64,000 nt of DNA from the human T2T-CHM13v2.0 reference genome, Homo sapiens. The DNA is taken from assembly GCF_009914755.1 (NCBI RefSeq), contig NC_060939.1; one strand, 5' to 3'. The first letter of the stretch is position 1. Each line of letters opens with the position of its first letter. The translations under genes and the position numbers were made by a program. The notes under the pieces were generated by a model. The model ran no database searches, was not told the origin of the DNA, and saw nothing but the letters and a program-made list of their open reading frames with translations. Of this stretch, positions 14,000 through 28,400 are shown one piece after another.

Positions 14000-16900
14000 T
14001 CTCCATTCCCTTCCACTGCATTCCGTTCGATTCCATTCCATTGCATTGCATTCCATTCCATTGGATTGCATTCCATTCGATTCCATTCCATTCGAATCAA
14101 TTACATAGCAATCCATTACATTCGAGTCTATTCTCTTCCGTTCCATTCGATTTCGTTCCAATCCATTCGATTCCATTCCATTCGATTCCATTCCATACTA
14201 TTGCATTCCATTCGATTACATTATATTCGAATAATTTCCATTCAAGACCATTTCATTTGAGTCCATTCTATTTGAGTCCATTCCCTTTGATTCCATAACA
14301 TTTGAGTCCATTCAATTCCATTCCTTTCGTTTCCATTCCATTTGATGCCATTCCATTCAATTCTGTTCTACTCGACTCCAATACATTCAATTCCATTCCA
14401 TCCGATTCCATTACATTCTTTTCATTTCTTATCCATTTCAAGCCATTCCACTCCATTCCATTCCACTCGTTTCCTTTCCATTCGAGTCCATTCCTCTCCA
14501 GTCCATTCCGTTCAATCCATTCCATTCCAGTCCATTCCATTCGAGTCCGTTCCATTCCAGTCCATTCCATTCGAGTCAATTCCATTCCATTCGATGTCTT
14601 TCCATAACGATCCATTCCATTCTATTCCTTTCGACTCCATTCCATTCTATTTCATTCCATTCGATTCCCTTCCATTGGACTCCTTTCCATTCGAGTGCAT
14701 TCCATTCCGTTCCATTTCTTTCCGTTCTGTACGATTCCTACCGTTCGATTTCATTTTGTTCCAGTCCATTCCTTTCGCGTCCATTCCATTCCATTTCACT
14801 CCATTCGATTCCATTCCACTCGATTCCACTTCGTTCCATTTCATTGCATTCCATTCTATTCAACTCTATTGCCTTCCATTCCATTCCATTCGATTACATT
14901 CCATGCGATTCCATTCGAAATCGAATCAATTACATTGCAAACCATTACTATTGAGTCCGTTTTATTCCAGTCCACTGCATTCTTGTCCATTCCATTTGAT
15001 TCCATTCCATTCTATTCCATTCCATACAGTTGCATTCCATTGGATTCCATGCTATATCTATAAATTCAATTCGAGACCATTGCTTTTGAGTCCATTCTAT
15101 ATGATTCCATTCCATTCAAGTCCATTACATTTGGTTCAATTCCATTCCATTCCATTCCCTTTCATTCCATTCCATTTGATATCAATCCATTCGATTCCAT
15201 TCCATTCGAGCACATTCCATTCGAGTCCATTCCATTCGATGCCATTCCATTTGATTCTATTCCATTTGTCTCCATTCAATTCCATTAATCTCCATTCCAT
15301 TCCATTCTACTCCAACTGATTCCATTCCATTCTATTCCTTTCCATTCCATTTCATTCCATTCCATTCCATTTCATTCCGTTCCATTCCACTCGTGTCCAT
15401 TCCACTCCAGTCCATTCCATTCGTGTCCATTCCATTTCAGTCCATTCCATTTGTGTCCACTGCATTCCATTCCACTCCATTCCATATTATTCCATTACAC
15501 TCCATTCCATTCTATTACTTTCATTTCCATTCAATTCCATTCCATTTGATTCCATTCCACTCGGTTTCATTCCATTTGAGTCCACTCCATTCCATTCCAT
15601 TCCATTCCATTCAGTTCCATTCCATTCCTTTCCATTACATTCCATTCCATTCGGTACCATTCCATATTGTTCCATTCGATTCCATTCGAATCCATTCCAT
15701 TCCAGTCCATTCCATTCGATTCCATTCCATTCATTTCAATTCCATTCCATTCCATTCCATTCCATTCCACTTGATTCCTCTCCATTCCCTTCCACTGCAT
15801 TCCGTTCGATTCCATTCCATTGCATTGCATTCCATTCCTTTGGATTGCATTCCATTCGATTCCATTCCATCGAATCAATTACATAGCAATCCATTACATT
15901 CGAGTCTATTCTATTCCGTTCCATTCGATTTCGTTCCAATCCATTCGATTCCATTCCATTCGATTCCATTCCATACTATTGCATTCCATTCGATTACATT
16001 ATATTCGAATAAGTTCCATTCAAGACCATTTCTTTTGAGTCCATTCTATTTGAGTCCATTCCCTTTGATTCCATAACATTTGAGTCCATTCAATTCCATT
16101 CCTTTCGTTTCCATTGCATTTGATGCCATTCCATTCAATTCTGTTCTACTCGACTCCAATACATTCAATTCCATTCCATCCGATTCCATTACATTCTTTT
16201 CATTTCTTATCCATTTCAAGCCATTCCACTCCATTCCATTCCACTCGTTTCCTTTCCATTCGAGTCCATTCCTCTCCAGTCCATTCCGTTCAATCCATTC
16301 CATTCAAGTCCATTCCATTCGAGTCCGTTCCATTCCAGTCCATTCCATTCGAGTCAATTCCATCCCATTCGATGTGTTTCCATAACGATCTATTCCATTC
16401 TATTCCTTTCGATTCCATTCCATTCTATTTCATTCCATTCGATTCCCTTCCATTGGACTCCTTTCCATTCGAGTGCATTCCATTCCGTTCCATTTCTTTC
16501 CGTTCTGTACGATTCCTACCGTTCGATTTCATTTTTTTCCAGTCCATTCCTTTCGCGTCCATTCCATTCCATTTCACTCCATTCGATTCCATTCCACTCG
16601 ATTCCACTTCGTTCCATTTCATTGCATTCCATTCTATTCAACTCTATTGCCTTCCATTCCATTCCATTCGATTACATTCCATGCGATTCCATTCGAAATC
16701 GAATCAATTACATTGCAATCCATTACTATTGAGTCCATTTTATTCCAGTCCACTGCATTCTGGTCCATTCCATTTGATTCCATTCCATTCTATTCCATTC
16801 CATACAGTTGCATTCCATTGAACTCCATTGTATATCTATAAATTCAATTCGAGACCATTGCTTTTGAGTCCATTCTATATGATTCCATTCCATTCAAGTC

Positions 16901-18315
16901 CATTACATTTGGTTCAATTCCATTCCATTCCATTCCCTTCCATTCCATTCCAGTTGATATCAATCCATTCGATTCCATTCCATTCGAGCACATTCCATTC
17001 GAGTCCATTCCATTCGATGCCATTCCATTTGATTCTATTCCATTAGTCTCCATTCAATTCCATTAATCTCCATTCCATTCCATTCTACTCCAACTGATTC
17101 CATTCCATTCTATTCCTTTCCATTCCATTTCATGCCATTCCATTCCATTTCATTCCATTCCATTCCATTCCATTCCATTCGCTTCCATTCCATTCGTGTC
17201 CATTGCATTCCAGTCCATTCCATTTGTGTCCACTGCATTCCATTCCACTCCATTCCATATTATTCCATTACACTCCATTCCATTCTATTACTTTCATTTC
17301 CATTGAATTCCATTCCATTTGATTCCATTCCACTCGGTTTCATTCCATTTGAGTCCACTCCACTCCATTCCATTCCATTCCATTCCATTCAGTTCCATTC
17401 CATTCTGTTCCATTCCATTCCGTTCCATTGCATTCCATTCCATTCGGTACCATTCCATATTGTTCCATTCGATTCCATTCGAATCCATTCCATTCCAGTC
17501 CATTCCATTCGATTCCATTCCATTCCTTTCAATTCCATTCCATTCCATTCCATTCCACTTGATTCCACTCCATTCCCTTCCACTGCATTCCATTGCATTG
17601 CATTCCATTCCATTGGACTGCATTCCATTCGATTCCATTCCATTCGAATCAATTACATAGCAATCCATTACATTCGAGTCTATTCTATTCCGTTCCATTC
17701 GATTTCGTTCCAATCCATTCGATTCCATTCCATTCGATTCCATTCCATACTATTGCATTCCATTCTATTACATTATATTCGAAAAAGTTCCATTCAAGAC
17801 CATTTCTTTTGAGTCCATTCTATTTGAGTCCATTCCCTTTGATTCCATAACATTTGAGTCCATTCAATTCCATTCCTTTCGTTTCCATTCCATTTGATGC
17901 CATTCCATTCAATTCTGTTCTACTCGACTCCAATACATTCAATTCCATTCCATCCGATTCCATTACATTCTTTTCATTTCTTATCCATTTCAAGCCATTC
18001 CACTCCATTCCATTCCACTCGTTTCCTTTCCATTCGAGTCCATTCCTCTCCAGTCCATTCCGTTCAATCCATTCCATTCCAGTCCATTCCATTCGAGTCT
18101 GTTCCATTCCAGTCCATTCCATTCGAGTCAATTCCATCCCATTCGATGTCTTTCCATAACGATCCATTCCATTCTATTCCTTTCGATTCCATTCCATTCT
18201 ATTTCATTCCATTCGATTCCCTTCCATTGGACTCCTTTCCATTCGAGTGCATTCCATTCCGTTCCATTTCTTTCCGTTCTGTACGATTCCTACCGTTCGA
18301 TTTCATTTTCTTCCA
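14000..18315 (+). repeat. Divergent subtype-B-like island (about 2 units, 1778 and 1774 bp)
   Basis: CCATTCCTTTCGCG at ~14766 and ~16545. No 20-bp insert at ~15131 or ~16910. Many private substitutions and indels. Confidence 0.8.
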
Positions 18316-21300
18316 GTCCATTCTTTCGCGTCCATTCCATTCCATTTCACTCCATTCGATTCCATTCCACTCGATTCCACTTCGTTCCATTTCATTGCAT
18401 TCCATTCTATTCAACTCTATTGCCTTCCATTCCATTCCATTCGATTACATTCCATGCGATTCCATTCGAAATCGAATCAATTACATTGCAATCCATTACT
18501 ATTGAGTCCGTTTTATTCCAGTCCACTGCATTCTGGTCCATTCCATTTGATTCCATTCCATTCTATTCCATTCCATACAGTTGCATTCCATTGGATTCCA
18601 TGCTATATCTATAAATTCAATTCGAGACCATTGCTTTTGAGTCCATTCTATATGATTCCATTCCATTCAAGTCCATTACATTTGGTTAAATTCCATTCCA
18701 TTCGGTTCAATTCCATTCCATTCCATTCCCTTCCATTCCATTCCAGTTGATATCAATCCATTCGATTCCATTCCATTCGAGCACATTCCATTCGAGTCCA
18801 TTCCATTCGATGCCATTCCATTTGATTCTATTCCATTAGTCTCCATTCAATTCCATTAATCTCCATTCCATTCCATTCTACTCCAACTGATTCCATTCCA
18901 TTCTATTCCTTTCCATTCCATTTCATTCCATTCCATTCCATTCCATTCCATTCCATTCCATTCGTGTCCATTCCACTCCAGTCCATTCCATTCGTATCCA
19001 TTCCATTCCAGTCCATTCCATTTGTGTCCACTGCATTCCATTCCACTCCATTCCATATTATTCCATTACACTCCATTCCATTCTATTACTTTCATTTCCA
19101 TTCAATTCCATTCCATTTGATTCCATTCCACTCGGTTTCATTCCATTTGAGTCCACTCCATTCCATTCCATTCCATTCAGTTCCATTCCATTCTGTTCCA
19201 TTCCATTCCGTTCCGTTACATTCCATTCCATTCGGTACCATTCCATATTGTTCCATTCGATTCCATTCGAATCCATTCCATTCCAGTCCATTCCATTCGA
19301 TTCCATTCCATTCATTTCAATTCCATTCCATTCCATTCCATTACATTCCACTTGATTCCTCTCCATTCACTTCCACTGCATTCCGTTCGATTCCATTCCA
19401 TTGCATTGCATTCCATTCCATTGGATTGCATTCCATTCGATTCCATTCCATTCGAATCAATTACATAGCAATCCATTACATTCGAGTCTATTCTCTTCCG
19501 TTCCATTCGATTTCGTTCCAATCCATTCGATTCCATTCCATTCGATTCCATTCCATACTATTGCATTCCATTCTATTACATTATATTCGAATAAGTTCCA
19601 TTCAAGACCATTTCTTTTGAGTCCATTCTATTTGAGTCCATTCCCTTTGATTCCATAACATTTGAGTCCATTCAATTCCATTCCTTTCGTTTCCATTCCA
19701 TTTGATGCCATTCCATTCAATTCTGTTCTACTCGACTCCAATACATTCAATTCCATTCCATCCGATTCCATTACATTCTTTTCATTTCTTATCCATTTCA
19801 AGCCATTCCACTCCATTCCATTCCACTCGTTTCCTTTCCATTCGAGTCCATTCCTCTCCAGTCCATTCCGTTCAATCCATTCCATTCCAGTCCATTCCAT
19901 TCGAGTCCGTTCCATTCCAGTCCATTCCATTCGAGTCAATTCCATTCCATTCGATGTCTTTCCATAACGATCCATTCCATTCTATTCCTTTCGATTCCAT
20001 TCCATTCTATTTCATTCCATTCGATTCCCTTCCATTGGACTCCTTTCCATTCGAGTGCATTCCATTCCGTTCCATTTCTTTCCGTTCTGTACGATTCCTA
20101 CCGTTCGATTTCATTTTGTTCCAGTCCATTCTTTCGCGTCCATTCCATTCCATTTCACTCCATTCGATTCCATTCCACTCGATTCCACTTCGTTCCATTT
20201 CATTGCATTCCATTCTATTCAACTCTATTGCCTTCCATTCCATTCCATTCCATTACATTCCATGCGATTCCATTCGAAATCGAATCAATTACATTGCAAT
20301 CCATTACTATTGAGTCCGTTTTATTCCAGTCCACTGCATTCTGGTCCATTCCATTTGATTCCATTCCATTCTATTCCATTCCATACAGTTGCATTCCATT
20401 GGATTCCATGCTATATCTATAAATTCAATTCGAGACCATTGCTTTTGAGTCCATTCTATATGATTCCATTCCATTCAAGTCCATTACATTTGGTTAAATT
20501 CCATTCCATTCGGTTCAATTCCATTCCATTCCATTCCCTTCCATTCCATTCCAGTTGATATCAATCCATTCGATTCCATTCCATTCGAGCACATTCCATT
20601 CGAGTCCATTCCATTCGATGCCATTCCATTTGATTCTATTCCATTAGTCTCCATTCTATTCCATTAATCTCCATTCCATTCCATTCTACTCCAACTGATT
20701 CCATTCCATTCTATTCTTTTCCATTCCATTTCATTCCATTCCATTCAATTCCATTCCATTCCATTCCATTCGTGTCCATTCCACTCCAGTCCATTCCATT
20801 GGTATCCATTCCATTCCAGTCCATTCCATTTGTGTCCACTGCATTCCATTCCACTCCATTCCATATTATTCCATTACACTCCATTCCATTCTATTACTTT
20901 CATTTCCATTCAATTCCATTCCATTTGATTCCATTCCACTCGGTTTCATTCCATTTGAGTCCACTCCATTCCATTCCATTCCATTCAGTTCCATTCCATT
21001 CTGTTCCATTCCATTCCGTTCCATTACATTCCATTCCATTCGGTACCATTCCATATTGTTCCATTCGATTCCATTCGAATCCATTCCATTCCAGTTCATT
21101 CCATTCGATTCCATTCCATTCATTTCAATTCCATTAAATTCCATTCCATTACATTCCACTTGATTCCTCTCCATTCCCTTCCACTGCATTCCGTTCGATT
21201 CCATTCCATTGCATTGCATTCCATTCCATTGGATTGCATTCCATTCGATTCCATTCCATTCGAATCAATTACATAGCAATCCATTACATTCGAGTCTATT

Positions 21301-22400
21301 CTCTTCCGTTCCATTCGATTTCGTTCCAATCCATTCGATTCCATTCCATTCGATTCCATTCCATACTATTGCATTCCATTCGATTACATTATATTCGAAT
21401 AAGTTCCATTCAAGACCATTTCTTTTGAGTCCATTCTATTTGAGTCCATTCCCTTTGATTCCATAACATTTGAGTCCATTCAATTCCATTCCTTTCGTTT
21501 CCATTCCATTTGATGCCATTCCATTCAATTCTGTTCTACTCGACTCCAATACATTCAATTCCATTCCATCCGATTCCATTACATTCTTTTCATTTCTTAT
21601 CCATTTCAAGCCATTCCACTCCATTCCATTCCACTCGTTTCCTTTCCATTCGAGTCCATTCCTCTCCAGTCCATTCCGTTCAATCCATTCCATTCCAGTC
21701 CATTCCATTCGAGTCCGTTCCATTCCAGTCCATTCCATTCGAGTCAATTCCATTCCATTCGATGTCTTTCCATAACGATCCATTCCATTCTATTCCTTTC
21801 GATTCCATTCCATTCTATTTCATTCCATTCGATTCCCTTCCATTGGACTCCTTTCCATTCGAGTGCATTCCATTCCATTCCATTTCTTTCCGTTCTGTAC
21901 GATTCCTACCGTTCGATTTCATTTTGTTCCAGTCCATTCTTTCGCGTCCATTCCATTCCATTTCACTCCATTCGATTCCATTCCACTCGATTCCACTTCG
22001 TTCCATTTCATTGCATTCCATTCTATTCAACTCTATTGCCTTCCATTCCATTCCATTCGATTACATTCCATGCGATTCCATTCGAAATCGAATCAATTAC
22101 ATTGCAATCCATTACTATTGAGTCCGTTTTATTCCAGTCCACTGCATTCTGGTCCATTCCATTTGATTCCATTCCATTCTATTCCATTCCATACAGTTGC
22201 ATTCCATTGGATTCCATGCTATATCTATAAATTCAATTCGAGACCATTGCTTTTGAGTCCATTCTATATGATTCCATTCCATTCAAGTCCATTACATTTG
22301 GTTAAATTCCATTCCATTCGGTTCAATTCCATTCCATTCCATTCCCTTCCATTCCATTCCAGTTGATATCAATCCATTCGATTCCATTCCATTCGAGCAC
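18316..22400 (+). repeat. Subtype A block 2 (3 sets of A markers)
   Basis: A-type TTCTTTCGCG at ~18321, 20129, 21937. The 20-bp insert is at ~18681, 20490, 22298. Confidence 0.85.
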
Positions 22401-25400
22401 ATTCCATTCGAGTCCATTCCATTCGATGCCATTCCATTTGATTCTATTCCATTTGTCTCCATTCAATTCCATTAATCTCCATTCCATTCCATTCTACTCC
22501 AACTGATTCCATTCCATTCTATTCCTTTCCATTCCATTTCATTCCATTCCATTCCATTTCATTCCATTCCATTCCATTCGCTTCCATTCCATTCGTGTCC
22601 ATTCCACTCCAGTCCATTCCATTCGTGTCCATTCCATTCCAGTCCATTCCATTTGTGTCCACTGCATTCCATTCCACTCCATTCCATATTATTCCATTAC
22701 ACTCCCTTCCATTCTATTACTTTCATTTCCATTCAATTCCATTCCATTTGATTCCATTCCACTCGGTTTCATTCCATTTGAGTCCACTCCATTCCATTCC
22801 ATTCCATTCAGTTCCATTCCATTCTGTTCCATTCCATTCCGTTCCATTACATTCCATTCCATTCGGTACCATTCCATATTGTTCCATTCGATTCCATTCG
22901 AATCCATTCCATTCCAGTCCATTCCATTCGATACCATTCCATTCATTTCAATTCCATTCCATTCCATTCCATTACCTTCCACTTGATTCCTCTCCATTCC
23001 CTTCCACTGCATTCCTTTCGATTCCATTCCATTGCATTGCATTCCATTCCATTGGATTGCACTCCATTCGATTCCATTCCATTCGAATCAATTACATAGC
23101 AATCCATTACATTCGAGTCTATTCTATTCCGTTCCATTCGATTTCGTTCCAATCCATTCGATTCCATTCCATTCGATTCCATTCCATACTATTGCATTCC
23201 ATTCGATTACATTATATTCGAATAAGTTCCATTCAAGACCATTTCTTTTGAGTCCATTCTATTTGAGTCCATTCCCTTTGATTCCATAACATTTGAGTCC
23301 ATTCAATTCCATTCCTTTCGTTTCCATTCCATTTGATGCCATTCCATTCAATTCAGTTCTACTCGACTCCAATACATTCAATTCCATTCCATCCGATTCC
23401 ATTACATTCTTTTCATTTCTTATCCATTTCAAGCCATTCCACTCCATTCCATTCCACTCGTTTCCTTTCCATTCGAGTCCATTCCTCTCCAGTCCATTCC
23501 GTTCAATCCATTCCATTCCAGTCCATTCCATTCGAGTCCGTTCCATTTCAGTCCATTCCATTCGAGTCAATTCCATCCCATTCGATGTCTTTCCATAACG
23601 ATCCATTCCATTCTATTCCTTTCGATTCCATTCCATTCTATTTCATTGCATTCGATTCCCTTCCATTGGACTCCTTTCCATTCGAGTGCATTCCATTCCG
23701 TTCCATTTCTTTCCGTTCTGTACGATTCCTACCGTTTGATTTCATTTTGTTCCAGTCCATTCCTTTCGCGTCCATTCCATTCCATTTCACTCCATTCGAT
23801 TCCATTCCACTCGATTAGACTTCGTTCCATTTCATTGCATTCCATTCTATTCAACTCTATTGCCTTCCATTCCATTCCATTCGATTACATTCCATGCGAT
23901 TCCATTCGAAATCGAATCAATTACATTGCAATCCATTACTATTGAGTCCATTTTATTCCAGTCCACTGCATTCTGGTCCATTCCATTTGATTCCATTACA
24001 TTCTATTCCATTCCATACAGTTGCATTCCATTGGATTCCATTCTATATGTATAAATTCAATTCGAGACCATTGCTTTTGAGTCCATTCTATATGATTCCA
24101 TTCCATTCAAGTCCATTACATTTGGTTCAATTCCATTCCATTCCATTCCCTTCCATTCCATTCCAGTTGATATCAATCCATTCGATTCCATTCCATTCGA
24201 GCACATTCCATTCGAGTCCATTCCATTCGATGCCATTCCATTTGATTCTATTCCATTAGTCTCCATTCAATTCCATTAATCTCCATTCCATTCCATTCTA
24301 CTCCAACTGATTCCATTCCATTCTATTCCTTTCCATTCCATTTCATTCCATTCCATTCCATTCCATTCCATTCCATTCCATTCGTGTCCATTCCACTCCA
24401 GTCCATTCCATTCGTGTCCATTCCATTCCAGTCCATTCCATTTGTGTCCACTGCATTCCATTCCACTCCATTCCATATTATTCCATTACACTCCATTCCA
24501 TTCTATCACTTTCATTTCCATTCAATTCCATTCCATTTGATTCCATTCCACTCGGTTTCATTCCATTTGAGTCCACTCCATTCCATTCCATTCCATTCCA
24601 TTCAGTTCCATTCCATTCTGTTCCATTCCATTCCGTTCCATTACATTCCATTCCATTCGGTACCATTCCATATTGTTCCATTCGATTCCATTCGAATCCA
24701 TTCCATTCCAGTCCATTCCATTCGATTCCATTCCATTCATTTCAACTCCATTCCATTCCATTCCATTACATTCCACTTGATTCCTCTCCATTCCCTTCCA
24801 CTGCATTCCGTTCGATTCCATTCCATTGCATTGCATTCCATTCCATTGGATTGCATTCCATTCGATTCCATTCCATTCGAATCAATTACATAGCAATCCA
24901 TTACATTCGAGTCTATTCTATTCCGTTCCATTCGATTTCGTTCCAATCCATTCGATTCCATTCCATTCGATTCCATTCCATACTATTGCATTCCATTCGA
25001 TTACATTATATTCGAATAAGTTCCATTCAAGACCATTTCTTTTGAGTCCATTCTATTTGAGTCAATTCCCTTTGATTCCATAACATTTGAGTCCATTCAA
25101 TTCCATTCCTTTCGTTTCCATTCCATTTGATGCCATTCCATTCAATTCTGTTCTACTCGACTCCAATACATTCAATTCCATTCCATCCGATTCCATTACA
25201 TTCTTTTCATTTCTTATCCATTTCAAGCCATTCCACTCCATTCCATTCCACTCGTTTCCTTTCCATTCGAGTCCATTCCTCTCCAGTCCATTCCGTTCAA
25301 TCCATTCCATTCCAGTCCATTCCATTCGAGTCCGTTCCATTCCAGTCCATTCCATTCGAGTCAATTCCATTCCATTCGATGTCTTTCCATAACGATCCAT

Positions 25401-28400
25401 TCCATTCTATTCCTTTCGATTCCATTCCATTCTATTTCATTCCATTCGATTCCCTTCCATTGGACTCCTTTCAATTCGAGTGCATTCCATTCCTTTCCAT
25501 TTCTTTCCGTTCTGTACGATTCCTACCGTTCGATTTCATTTTGTTCCAGTCCATTCCTTTCGCGTCCATTCCATTCCATTTCACTCCATTCGATTCCATT
25601 CCACTCGATTCCACTTCGTTCCATTTCATTGCATTCCATTCTATTCAACTCTATTGCCTTCCATTCCATTCCATTCGATTACATTCCATGCGATTCCATT
25701 CGAAATCGAATCAATTACATTGCAATCCATTACTATTGAGTCCGTTTTATTCCAGTCCACTGCATTCTGGTCCATTCCATTTGATTCCATTCCATTCTAT
25801 TCCATTCCATACAGTTGCATTCCATTGGATTCCATGCTATATCTATAAATTCAATTCGAGACCATTGCTTTTGAGTCCATTCTATATGATTCCATTGCAT
25901 TCAAGTCCATTACATTTGGTTCAATTCCATTCCATTCCATTCCCTTCCATTCCATTCCATTTGATATCAATCCATTCGATTCCATTCCATTCGAGCACAT
26001 TCCATTCGAGTCCATTCCATTCGATGCCATTCCATTTGATTCTATTCCATTAGTCTCCATTCAATTCCATTAATCTCCATTCCATTCCATTCTACTCCAA
26101 CTGATTCCATTCCATTCTATTCCTTTCCATTCCATTTCATTCCATTCCATTCCATTTCATTCCATTCCATTCCATTCGTGTCCATTCCACTCCAGTCCAT
26201 TCCATTCCAGTCCATTCCATTTGTGTCCACTGCATTCCATTCCACTCCATTCCATATTATTCCATTACACTCCATTCCATTCTATTACTTTCATTTCCAT
26301 TCAATTCCATTCCATTTGATTCCATTCCACTCGGTTTCATTCCATTTGAGTCCACTCCATTCCATTCCATTCCATTCAGTTCCATTCCATTCTGTTCCAT
26401 TCCATTCCGTTCCATTACATTCCATTCCATTCGGTACCATTCCATATTGTTCCATTCGATTCCATTCGAATCCATTCCATTCCAGTCCATTCCATTCGAT
26501 ACCATTCCATTCATTTCAATTCCATTCCATTCCATTCCATTACATTCCACTTGATTCCTCTCCATTCCCTTCCACTGCATTCCGTTCGATTCCATTCCAT
26601 TGCATTGCATTCCATTCCATTGGATTGCATTCCATTCGATTCCATTCCATTCGAATCAATTACATAGCAATCCATTACATTCGAGTCTATTCTATTCCGT
26701 TCCATTCGATTTCGTTCCAATCCATTCGATTCCATTCCATTCGATTCCATTCCATACTATTGCATTCCATTCGATTACATTATATTCGAATAAGTTCCAT
26801 TCAAGACCATTTCTTTTGAGTCCATTCTATTTGAGTCCATTCCCTTTGATTCCATAACATTTGAGTCCATTCAATTCCATTCCTTTCGTTTCCATTCCAT
26901 TTGATGCCATTCCATTCAATTCTGTTCTACTCGACTCCAATACATTCAATTCCATTCCATGCGATTCCATTACGTTCTTTTCATTTCTTATCCATTTCAA
27001 GCCATTCCACTCCATTCCATTCCACTCGGTTCCTTTCCATTCGAGTCATTCCTCTCCAGTCCATTCCGTTCAATCCATTCCATTCCAGTCCATTCCATTC
27101 GAGTCCGTTCCATTCCAGTCCATTCCATTCGAGTCAATTCCATTCCATTCGATGTCTTTCCATAACGATCCATTCCATTCTATTCCTTTCGATTCCATTC
27201 CATTCTATTTCATTCCATTCGATTCCCTTCCATTGGACTCCTTTCCATTCGAGTGCATTCCATTCCGTTCCATTTCTTTCCGTTCTGTACGATTCCTACC
27301 GTTCGATTTCATTTTGTTCCAGTCCATTCCTTTCGCGTCCATTCCATTCCATTTCACTCCATTCGATTCCATTCCACTCGATTCCACTTCGTTCCATTTC
27401 ATTGCATTCCATTCTATTCAACTCTATTGCCTTCCATTCCATTGCATTCGATTACATTCCATGCGATTCCATTCGAAATCGAATCAATTACATTGCAATC
27501 CATTACTATTGAGTCCGTTTTATTCCAGTCCACTGCATTCTGTTCCATTCCATTTGATTCCATTCCATTCTATTCCATTCCATACAGTTGCATTCCATTG
27601 GATTCCATGCTATATCTATAAATTCAATTCGAGACCATTGCTTTTGAGTCCATTCCATATGATTCCATTCCATTCAAGTCCATTACATTTGGTTCAATTC
27701 CATTCCATTCCATTCCCTTCCATTCCATTCCATTTGATATCAATCCATTCGATTCCATTCCATTCGAGCACATTCCATTCGAGTCCATTCCATTCGATGC
27801 CATTCCATTTGATTCTATTCCATTAGTCTCCATTCAATTCCATTAATCTCCATTCCATTCCATTCTACTCCAACTGATTCCATTCCATTCTATTCCTTTC
27901 CATTCCATTTCATTCCATTCCATTCCATTTCATTCCATTCCATTCCATTCGCTTCCATTCCATTCGTGTCCATTCCACTCCATTCCATTCCATTCGTGTC
28001 AATTCCATTCCAGTCCTTTCCATTTGTGTCCACTGCACTCCATTCCACTCCATTCCATATTATTCCATTACACTCCATTCCATTCTATTACTTTCATTTC
28101 CATTCAATTCCATTCCATTTGATTCCATTCCACTCGGTTTCATTCCATTTGAGTCCACTCCATTCCATTCCATTCCATTCAGTTCCATTCCATTCTGTTC
28201 CATTCCATTCCGTTCCGTTACATTCCATTCCATTCGGTACCATTCCATATTGTTCCATTCGATTCCATTCGAATCCATTCCATTCCAGTCCATTCCATTC
28301 GATTCCATTCCATTCATTTCAATTCCATTCCATTCCATTCCATTACATTCCACTTGATTCCTCTCCATTCCCTTCCACTGCATTCCGTTCGATTCCATTC

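Larger units (their letters stand above)
1..14000 (+). repeat. Subtype A block 1 (8 units)
   Basis: Units carry CCATTCTTTCGCG (one C fewer than B), the 20-bp extra TTGGTT[AAATTCCATTCCATTCGGTT]CAATT (~691, 2505, 4312, 6121, 7928, 9721, 11533, 13337), CCAGTTGATATC and a second-position GTATCC. The right boundary is approximate (13.7-14.77 kb). Confidence 0.88.
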
